A DNA stretch of 64,000 bases from the human T2T-CHM13v2.0 reference genome, Homo sapiens. The stretch lies in NCBI RefSeq assembly GCF_009914755.1, contig NC_060937.1. The stretch is one strand, 5' to 3'. The notes under the pieces were generated by a model, which worked only from the letters and a program-made list of their open reading frames with translations, searched no databases and was not told the origin of the DNA. The position numbers and the translations under genes were made by a program. Below, piece by piece: positions 1 through 12,700 of this stretch; position 1 is the stretch's first letter; every line of letters starts with the position of its first letter.

Positions 1-378
1 AGTACACCAGATATATATTCTATAGTGTACATAAAATATCAAAGTACCCAAACTATACATTATATACTGTACATAAAATATGAAATTACATCAAATATAT
101 ATTATATTAGGTACATAAAATATGAAAGTACATCAAATATAGATTATATACTGTACATAAAATATCAAAGTACCCCAAATATATATTATATACTCTACAT
201 GAAATATCAAAGTTCACAAACTATATATTATATACTGTACATAAAATATCAAAGTACCCAAGGTATATATTCTATACTGTATAAAAAATATCAAAGTATC
301 GAAAGCATGTATTATATACTGTATATAAAATATGAAAGTACATTAAATATATATTTTATTCTCTACATAAAATATCAA
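1..378 (+). repeat. Representative 378-bp higher-order unit (9 x 42 bp); about 170 units of 378/373 bp fill the window
   Basis: Marker AGTACACCAGAT at 1, 379, 752, 1125, 1503 (spacings 378, 373, 373, 378). Nine distinguishable monomers occur in a fixed order. Confidence 0.97.
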
Positions 379-751
379 AGTACACCAGATATATATTCTA
401 TAGTGTACATAAAATAACAAAGTACACAAACTATAAATTATATACTGTACATAAAATATGAAATTACATCAAATATATATTAGGTACATAAAATATGAAA
501 GTACATCAAACATAGATTATATACTGTACATAAAATATCAATGTACCCGAAATATATATTTTATACTCTACATGAAATATCAAAGTTCACAAACGATACA
601 TTATATACTGTACATAAAATATCAAAGTACCCAAGGTATATATTCTATACTGTACAAAAAATATCAAAGTACCCAAAGCATGTATTATATACTGTACATA
701 AAATATGAAAGTACATCAAATATATATTTTATTCTGTACATAAAATATCAA
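379..751 (+). repeat. Representative 373-bp unit (5-bp deletion in monomer M3)
   Basis: M3 reads CAAATATATATTATATTAGGTAC in long units (92-114) and CAAATATATATTAGGTAC in short units (470-487). This frameshift explains the MKLHQIYIR ORF starts. Confidence 0.95.
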
Positions 752-3700
752 AGTACACCAGATATATATTCTATAGTGTACATAAAATATCAAAGTACAC
801 AAACTATACATTATACACTGTACATAAAATATGAAATTACATCAAATATATATTAGGTACATTAAATATGAAAGTACATCAAATATAGATTATATACTGT
901 ACATAAAATATCAAAGTAACCCAAATATATATTATATACTCTACATGAAATATCAAAGTTCACAAACTATATATTATATACTGTAAATAAAATATCAAAG
1001 TACCCAAGGTATATATTCTATACTGTACAAAAAATATCAAAGTACCCAAAGCAAGTATTATATAGTGTACATAAAATATGAAAGTACATCAAATATATAT
1101 TTTATTCTGTACATAAAATATCAAAGTACACCAGATTTATATTCTATAGTGTACATAAAATATCAAAGTACCCAAACTATACATTATATACTGTACATAA
1201 AATATGAAATTACATCAAATATATATTATATTAGTTACATAAAATATGAAAGCACATCAAATATAGATTATATACTGTACATTAAATACCAAAGTACCCC
1301 AAATATATATTTTATTCTGTACATCAAATATCAAAGTTCACAAACTATATATTATATACTGTACATAAAATATCAAATTACCCATGGTATATATTCTACA
1401 CTGTACAAAAAATATCAAAGTACCCAAAGCATGTATTATATACTGTATATAAAATATGAAAGTACATCAAATATATATTTTATTCTGTACATAAAATATC
1501 AAAGTACACCAGATATATATTCTATAGTGTACATAAAATAACAAAGTACACAAACTATAAATTATATACTGTACATAAAATATGAAATTTCATCAAATAT
1601 ATATTAGGTACATAAAATATGAAAGTACATCAAATATAGATTATATACTGTACATAAAATATCAATGTACCCCAAATATATATTTTATACTCTACATGGA
1701 ATATCAAAGTTCACAAACCAGATATTATATACTGTACATAAAATATCAAAGTACCCAAGGTATATATTCTATACTGTGCAAAAAATATCAAAGTACCCAA
1801 AGCATGTATTATATACTGTACATAAAATATGAAATTACATCGAATATATATTTTATTCTGTACATAAAATATCAAAGTAAACCAGATATATATTCTATAG
1901 TGTACATAAAATATCAAAGTACCCAAACTATACATTATATACTGTACATAAAATATGAAATTACATCAAATATATATTATATTAGGTACTTAAAATATGA
2001 AAGTACATCAAATATAGATTATACACTGTACATAAAATATCAAAGTACCCCAAATATATATTATATACTCTACATGAAATATCAAAGTTCACAAACTATA
2101 TATTATATACTGTACATAAAATATGAAATTACATCCAATATATTTTATATTAGGTACATAAAATATGAAAGTACATCAAATATAGATTATATACTGTACA
2201 TTAAATACCAAAGTACCCCAAATATATATTTTATTCTGTACATGAAATATCAAAGTTCACAAACTATATATTATATACTGTACATATAATATCAAAGTAC
2301 CCAAGGTATATATTCTATACTGTACAAAAAATAACAAAGTACCAAAAGCATGTATAATATACTGTACATAAAACATGAAAGTACATCAAATATATATTTT
2401 ATTCTGTACATAAAATATCAAAGTACACCAGATGTATATTCTATAGTGTACATAAAATATCAAAGTACCCAAACTATACATTATATACTGTAAATAAAAT
2501 ATGAAATTACATCAAATATATTTTATATTAGGTACATAAAATATGAAAGTACATCAAATATAGATTATATACTGTACATTGAATACCAAAGTACTCCAAA
2601 TATATATTTTATACTGTACATGAAATATCAAAGTTCACAAACTATATATTATATACTGTACATAAATTATCAAATTACCCAAGGTATATATTCTATACTG
2701 TACAAAAAATATCAAAGTACCCAAAGCATGTATTATATACTGTACATAAAATATGAAAGTACATCAAATATATATTTTATTCTGTACATAATATATCAAA
2801 GTACACCAGATATATATTCTAGAGTGTACATAAAATAACAAAGTACACAAACGATAAATTATATACTGTACATAAATATGAAAATACATCAAATATATAT
2901 TAGGTACATAAAATATGAAAGTACATCAAATATAGATTATATACTGTACATATAATATCAATGTACCCCAAATATATATTTTATACTCTACATGAAATAT
3001 CAAAGTTCACAAACTATACATTATATACTGTACATAAAATATCAAAGTACCCAAGGTATATAATCTATACTGTACAAAAAATATCAAAGTACCCAAAGCA
3101 TATGTTATATACTGTACATAAAATATGAAAGTACATCAAATATATATTTTATTCTGTACATAAAATATCAAAGTACACCAGATATATATTCTATAGTGTA
3201 CATAAAATATCAAAGTACCCAAACTATACATTATATACTGTACATAAAATATGAAATTACATCAAATATATATTAGGTACATAAAATATGAAAGTACATC
3301 AAATATAGATTATATACTGTACATAAAATATCAAAGTACCCCAAATATATATTATATACTCTACATGAAATATTAAATTTCACAAACTATATATTATATA
3401 CTGTACATAAAATATCAAAGTACCCAAGGTATATATTCTATACTGTACAAAAAATATCAAAGTACCCAAAGCATGTATTATATACTGTACATAAAATATG
3501 AAAGTACATCAAATATATATTTTATTCTGTACATAAAATATCAAAGTACACCAGATATATATTCTATAGTGTACATAAAATAACAAAGTACACAAACTAT
3601 AAATTATATACTGTACATAAAATATGAAATTACATCAAATATATATTAGCTACATAAAATATGAAAGTACATCAGATATAGATTATATACTGTACATAAA

Positions 3701-6700
3701 ATATCAATGACCCCAAATATATATTTTATACTCTACATGAAATATCAAAGTTCACAAACCATATATTATATACTGTACATAAAATTTCAAAGTACCCAAG
3801 GTATATATTCTATACTGTACAAAAAATATCAAAGTGCCCAAAGCATGTATTATATACTGTACATAAAATATGAAAGTACATCAAATATATATTTTATTCT
3901 GTACATAAAATATCAAAGTACACCAGATATATATTCTATAGTGTACATAAAATATCAAAGTACCCAATGTATTTATTATATACTGTACATAAAATATGAA
4001 ATTACATCAAATATATATTATATTAGGTACATAAAATATGAAAGTACATCAAATATAGATTATATACTGTACATGAAATACCAAAGTACCCCAAATATAT
4101 ATTTTATACGGTACATGAAATATCAAATTTCACAAACTATATATTATATACTGTATATAAAATATCAAAGTATCCAAGGTATATATTCTATACTGTACAA
4201 AAAATATCAAAGTACCCAAAGCATGTATTATATACTGTACATAAAATATGAAAGTACATCAAATATATATTTTATTCTGTACATAAAATATCAAACTACA
4301 CCAGATATATATTCTATAGTGTACATAAAATATCAAAGTACCCAAACTATACATTATATACTGTACATAAAATATGAAATTACATCAAATTTATATTAGG
4401 TACATAAAATAAGAAAGTACATCAAATATAGATTATATACTGTACATAAAATATCAAAGTACCCCAAATATATATTATATACTCTATATGAAATATCAAA
4501 GTTCACAAACTATATATTATATACTGTACATAAAATATCCAAGTACCCAAGGTATATATTCTATACTGTAGAAAAAATATCAACGTACCCAAAGCATGTA
4601 TTATATACTCTATATAAAATATGAAAGTACATCACATATATATTATATTCTGTACATAAAATATCAAAGTACACCAGATATATATTCTATAGTGTACATA
4701 AAATAACAAAGTACAAAAACTATAAATTATATGCTGTACATAAAATATGAAATTACATCAAATATATATTAGGTACATAAAATATGAAAGTACATTAAAT
4801 ATAGATTATATACTGTACATAAAATATCAATGTACCCCAAATATATATTATATACTCTACATGAAATATCAAAGTTCACAAACCATATATTATATACTGT
4901 ACATAAAATATCAAAGTACCCAAGGTATATATTCTATACTGTACAAAAAATATCAAAGTACCCAAAGCATGTATTATATACTGTACATAAAATATGAAAG
5001 TACATCAAATATATATTTTATTCTGTACATAAAATATCAAAGTACACCAGATATATATTCTATAGTGTACATAAAATATCAAAGTACCCAAACTATACAT
5101 TATATACTGTACATAAAATATGAAATTACATCAAATATATATTATATTAGGTACATAAAATATGAAAGCACATCAAATATAGATTATATACTGTACATTA
5201 AGTACCAAAGTACCCCAAATATATATTTTATACTGTACATCAAATATCAAAGTTCACACACTATATATTATATACTGTACATAAAATATCAAAGTACCCA
5301 AGGTATATATTCTATACTTTACAAAAAATATCAAAGTACCCAAAGCATGTATTATATACTGTACATAAAATATGAAATTACATCGAATATATATTTTATT
5401 CTGTACATAAAATATCAAAGTACACCAGATATATATTCTATAGTGTACATAAAATAACAAAGTTCAAAAACTATAAATTATATGCTGTACATAAATATGA
5501 AATTACATCAAATATATATTAGGTACATAAAATATGAAAGTACATCAAATATAGATTATATACTGTACATAAAATATCAATGTACCCCAAATATATATTT
5601 TATACTCTACATGAAATATGTTCACAAACCATATATTATATACTGTACATAAAATATCAAAGTACCCAAGGTATATATTCTATACTGTACAAAAAATATC
5701 ATAGTACCCAAAGCATGTATTATATACTGTACATAAAATATGAAACTACATCAAATATATATTTTATTCTGTACATAAAATATCAAAGTACACCAGATAT
5801 ATATTCTATAGTGTACATAAAATATCAAAGTACCCAAACTATACATTATACACTGTACATAATATATGAAATTACATCAAATATATATTATATTAGGTAC
5901 ATAAAATATGAAAGTACATCAAATATAGATTATATACTGTACATAAAATACCAAAGTACCCCAAATATATATTTTATACTGTACATGAAATATCAAAGTT
6001 CACACACTATATATTATATACTGTACATAAAATATCAAAGTACCCAAGGTATATATTCTATATTGTACAAAAAATATCAAAGTACGCAAAGCATGTATTA
6101 TATACTGTACATAAAATATGAAAGTACATCAAATATATATTTTATACTGTACATAAAATATCAAAGTACACCAGATATATAATATATAGTGTACATAAAA
6201 TATCAAAGTACCCAAACTATACATTATATACTGTACATAAAATATGAAATTACATCAAATATATATTATATTAGGTACATAAAATATGAAAGTACATCAA
6301 ATATAGATTATATACTGTACATAAAATATCAAAGTACCCCAAATATATATTATATACTCTACATGAAATATCAAAGTTCACAAACTATATATTATATACT
6401 GTACATAAAATATCAAAGTAACCAAGGTATATATTCTATACTGTACAAAAAATATCAAAGTATCCAAAGCATGTATTATATACTGTATATAAAATATGAA
6501 AGTACATTAAATATATATTTTATTCTGTACATAAAATATCAAAGTACACCAGATATATATGCTATAGTGTACATAAAATAACAAAGTACACAAACTATAA
6601 ATTATATACTGTACATAAAATATGAAATTACATCAAGTATATATTAGGTACATAAAATATGAAAGTACATCAAATATAGATTATATACTGTACATAAAAT

Positions 6701-9700
6701 ATCAATGTATCCCAAATATATATTTTATACTCTACATGAAATATCAAAGTTCACAAACCATATATTATATACTGTACATAAAATATCAAAGTACCCAAGG
6801 TATATATTCTATACTGTACAAAAAATATCAAAGTACCCAAAGCATGTATTATATACTGTACATAAAATATGAAAGTACATCAAATATATATTTTATTCTG
6901 TACATAAAATATCAAAGTACACCAGATATATATTCTATAGTGTACATAAAATACCAAAGTACCCAAACTATACATTATATACTGTACATAAAATATGAAA
7001 TTACATCAAATATATATTATATTAGGTACATAAAATATGAAAGCACATCAAATATAGATTATATACTGTACATTAAATACCAAAGTACCCCAAATATATA
7101 TTTTATTCTGTACATCAAATATCAAAGTTCACAAACTATATATTATATACTGTACATAAAATATCAAAGTACCCATGGTATATATTCTACACTGTACAAA
7201 AAATATCAAAGTACCCAAAGCATGTATTATATACTGTATATAAAATATGAAAGTACATCACATATATATTATATTCTGTACATAAAATATCAAAGTACAC
7301 CAGATATATATTCTATAGTGTACATAAAATAACAAAGTTCAAAAACTATAAATTATATGCTGTACATAAATATGAAATTACATCAAATATATATTAGGTA
7401 CATAAAATATGAAAGTACATCAAATATAGATTATATACTGTACATAAAATATCAATGTACCCCAAATATATATTTTATACTCTACATGAAATATGAAAGT
7501 TCACAAACCATATATTATATACTGTACATAAAATATCAAAGTACCCAAGGTTTGTATTCTAAACTGTCCAAAAAATATCAAAGTATCCAAAGCATGTATT
7601 ATATACTGCATATAAAATATGAAAGTACATTAAATATATATTTTATTCTGTACATAAAATATCAAAGTACACCAGATATATATTCTATAGTGTACATAAA
7701 ATATCAAAGTACCCAAACTATACATTATATACTGTACATAAAATATGAAATTACATCAAATATATATTATATTAGGTACATAAAATATGAAAGTACATCA
7801 AATATAGATTATATACTGTACATAAAACATCAAAGTACCCCAAATATATATTATATACTCTACATGAAATATCAAAGTTCACAAACTATATATTATATAC
7901 TGTACATAAAATATCAAAGTACCCAAGGTATATATTCTATACTGTACAAAAAATATCAAAGTACCCAAAGCATGTATTATATACTGTACATAAAATATGA
8001 AAGTACATCAAATATATATTTTATTCTGTACATAAAATATCAAAGTACACCAGATATATATTCTATAGTGTACATAAAATAACAAAGTACACAAACTATA
8101 AATTATATACTGTACATAAAATATGAAATTACATCAAACATATTTTAGGTACATAAAATATGAAAGTACATCAAATATAGATTATATACTGCACATATAA
8201 TATCAATGTACCCCAAATATATATTTTATACTCTACATGAAATATCAAAGTTCACAAACCATACATTATATACTGTACATAAAATATCAAAGTACCCAAG
8301 GTATATATTCTATACTGTACAAAAAATATCAAAGTACCCAAACCATGTATTATATACTGTACATAAAATATGAAAGTACATCAAATATATATTTTATTCT
8401 GTACATAAAATATCAAAGTACACCAGATATATATTCTATAGTGTACATAAAATATCAAAGTACCCAAACTATACATTATATACTGTACATAAAATATGAA
8501 ATTACATCAAATATATATTATATTAGGTACATAAAATATGAAAGTACATCAAATATAGATTATATACTGTTCATAAAATATCAAAGTACCCCAAATATAT
8601 ATTATATACTCTACATGAAATATCAAAGTTCACAAACTATATATTATATACTGTACATAAAATATCATAGTACCCAAGGTATATATTCTATACTGTAGAA
8701 AAAATATCAAAGTATCCAAAGCATGTATTATATACTGTATATAAAATATGAAAGTACATTAAATATATATTTTATTCTGTACATAAAATATCAAAGTACA
8801 CCAGATATATATTCTATAGTGTACATAAAATAACAAAGTACACAAACTATAAATTATATACTGTACATAAAATATGAAATTACATCAAATATATATTAGG
8901 TACATAAAATATGAAAGTACATCAAATATAGATTATATACTGTACATATAATATCAATGTACCCCAAATATATATTTAATACTCTACATGAAATATCAAA
9001 GTTCACAAACCATACATTATATACTGTACATAAAATATCAAAGTACCCAAGGTATATATTCTATACTGTACAAAAAATATCAAAGTACCCAAAGCATGTA
9101 TTATATACTGTAAATAAAATATGAAAGTACATCAAATATATATTTTATTCTGTACATAAAATATCAAAGTACACCAGATATATATTCTATAGTGTACATA
9201 AAATATCAAAGTACCCAAACTATACATTATACACTGTACATAAAATATGAAATTACATCAAATATATATTAGGTACATTAAATATGAAAGTACATCAAAT
9301 ATAGATTATATACTGTACATAAAATATCAAAGTACCCCAAATATATATTATATACTCTACATGAAATATCAAAGTTCACAAACTATATATTATATACTGT
9401 AAATAAAATATCAAAGTTCCCAAGGTATATATTCTATACTGTACAAAAAATATCAAAGTACCCAAAGCATGTATTATATACTGTACATAAAATATGAAAG
9501 TACATCAAATATATATTTTATTCTGTACATAAAATATCAAAGTACACCAGATATATATTCTATAGTGTACATAAAATAACAAAGTACACAAACTATAAAT
9601 TATATACTGTACATAAAATATGAAATTACATCAAATATATATTAGGTACATAAAATATGAAAGTGCATCAAATATAGATTATATACTGTACATAAAATGT

Positions 9701-12700
9701 CAATGTACCCCAAATATATATTTTATACTCTACATGAAATATCAAAGTTCACAAACCATATATTATATACTGTACATAAAATATCAAAGTACCCAAGGTA
9801 TATATTCTATACTGTACAAAAAATATCAAAGTACACAAAGCATGTATTATATACTGTACATAAAATATGAAAGTACATCAAATATATATTTTATTCTGTA
9901 CATAAAATATCAAAGTACACCAGATATATATTCTATAGTGTACATAAAATATCAAAGTACCCAAACTATACATTATACACTGTACATAAAATATGAAATT
10001 ACATCAAATATATATTATATTAGGTACATAAAATATGAAAGCACATCAAATATAGATTATATACTTAACATTAAGTACCAAAGTACCCCAAATATATATT
10101 TTATACTGTACATCAAATATCAAAGTTCACAAACTATATATTATATACTGTAAATAAAATATCAAATTTCCCAAGGTATATATTCTATACTGTACAAAAA
10201 ATATCAAAGTACCCAAAGCATGTATTATATACTGTACATAAAATATGAAAGTACATCAAATATATATTTTATTCTGTACATAAAATATCAAAGTACTCCA
10301 GATATATATTCTATAGTGTACATAAAATATCAAAGTACCCAAACTATACATTATACACTGTACATAAAATATGAAATTACACCAAATATATATTAGGTAC
10401 ATTAAATATGAAAGTACATCAAATATAGATTATATACTGTACATAAAATATCAAAGTACCCCAAATATATATTATATACTCTACATGAAATATCAAAGTT
10501 CACAAACTATATATTATATACTGTAAATAAAATATCAAATTTCCCAAGGTATATATTCTATACTGTACAAAAAATATCAAAGTACCCAAGGTATATATTC
10601 TATACTGTACAAAAAATATCAAAGTACTCAAAGCATGTATTATATACTGTACATAAAATATGAAAGTACATCAAATATATATTTTATTCTGTACATAAAA
10701 TATCAAAGTACACCATATATATATTCTATAGTGTACATAAAATATCAAAGTACCCAAACTATACATTATACACTGTACATAAAATATGAAATTACATCAA
10801 ATATATATTATATTAGGTACATAAAATATGAAAGCACATCAAATATAGATTATATACTGTACATTAAATACCAAAGTACCCCAAATATATATTTTATACT
10901 GTACATCAAATATCAAAGTTCACAAACTATATATTATATACTGTACATAAAATATCAAAGTACCCATGGTATATATTCTATACTGTACAAAAAATATCAA
11001 AGTACCCAAAGCATGTATTATATACTGTACATAAAATATGAAAGTACATCAAATATACATTTTATTCTGTATATAAAATATCAAAGTACACCAGATATAT
11101 ATTCTATAGTGTACATAAAATATCAAAGTACCCAAACTATACATTATACACTGTACATAAAATATGAAATTACATCAAATATATATTAGGTACATAAAAT
11201 ATGAAAGTACATCAAATATAGATTATATACTGTACATAAAATATCAAAGTACCCCAAATATATATTATATACTCTACATGAAATATCAAAGTTCACAAAC
11301 TATATATTATATACTGTAAATAAAATATCAAAGTACCCAAGGTATATATTCTATACTGTACAAAAAATATCAAAGTACCCAAAGCATGTATTATATACTG
11401 TATATAAAATATGAAAGTACATCAAATATATATTTTATTCTGTACATAAAATATCAAAGTACACCAGATATATATTCTATAGTGTACATAAAATAACAAA
11501 GTACACAAACTATAAATTATATACTGTACATAAAATATGAAATTACATCAAATATATATTAGGTACATAAAATATGAAAGTACATCAAATATAGATTATA
11601 TACTGTACATAAAATATCAATGTACCCCAAATATATATTTTATACTCTACATGAAATATCAAAGTTCACAAACCATATATTATATACTGTACATAAAATA
11701 TCAAAGTACCCAAGGTATATATTCTATAATGTACAAAAAATATCAAAGTACTCAAAGCATGTATTATATACTGTACATAAAATATGAAAGTACATCAAAT
11801 ATATATTTTATTCTGTACATAAAATATCAAAGTACACCAGATATATATTCTATAGTGTACATAAAATATCAAAGTACCCAAACTATACATTATACACTGT
11901 ACATAAAATATGAAATTACATCAAATATATATTATATTAGGTACATAAAATATGAAAGCACATCAAATATAGATTATATACTGTACATTAAATACCAAAG
12001 TACCCCAAATATATATTTTATACTGTACATCAAAATCAAAGTTCACAAACTATATATTATATACTGTACATAAAATATCAAAGTATCCATGGTATATATT
12101 CTATACTGTACAAAAAATATCAAAGTACCCTAAGCATGTATTATATACTGTACATAAAATATGAAAGTACATCAAATATATATTTTATTCTGTACATAAA
12201 ATATCAAAGTACACCAGATATATATTCTATAGTGTACATAAAATATAAAGTACCCAAACTATACATTATACACTGTACATAAAATATGAAATTACATCAA
12301 ATATATATTATATTAGGTACATAAAATATGAAAGTACATCAAATATAGATTATATACTGTACATTAAATATCAAAGTACCCCAAATATATATTATATACT
12401 CTACATGAAATATCAAAGTTTACAAACTATATATTATATACTGTACATAAAATATCAAAGTACCCAAGGTATATATTCTATACTGTACAAAAAATATCAA
12501 AGTACCCAAAGCATGTATTATATACTGTATATAAAATATGAAAGTACATTAAATATATATTTTATTCTGTACATAAAATATCAAAGTACACCAGATATAT
12601 ATTCTATAGTGTACATAAAATAACAAAGTACCCAAACTATACATTATATACTGTACATAAAATATGAAATTACATCAAATATATATTAAGTACATAAAAT

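Noticed and set aside
320-330. TATAAAA as a functional promoter; GTAAATA variants as forkhead sites
   Set aside because: Such motifs are expected in about 80% AT repeat DNA, and nothing else in the sequence supports a promoter or enhancer call.
1711-1935. Minus-strand ORFs (also 5254, 62373, 63650) as signs of an inversion or antisense gene
   Set aside because: The + strand keeps the same monomer orientation here. These ORFs arise from point variants that remove minus-strand stops.
5612-5625. Small indels (4-bp loss here; 3-bp loss near 13488; 1-bp losses in A-runs) as programmed frameshifts
   Set aside because: These are ordinary slippage mutations or possible sequencing errors in non-coding satellite DNA.
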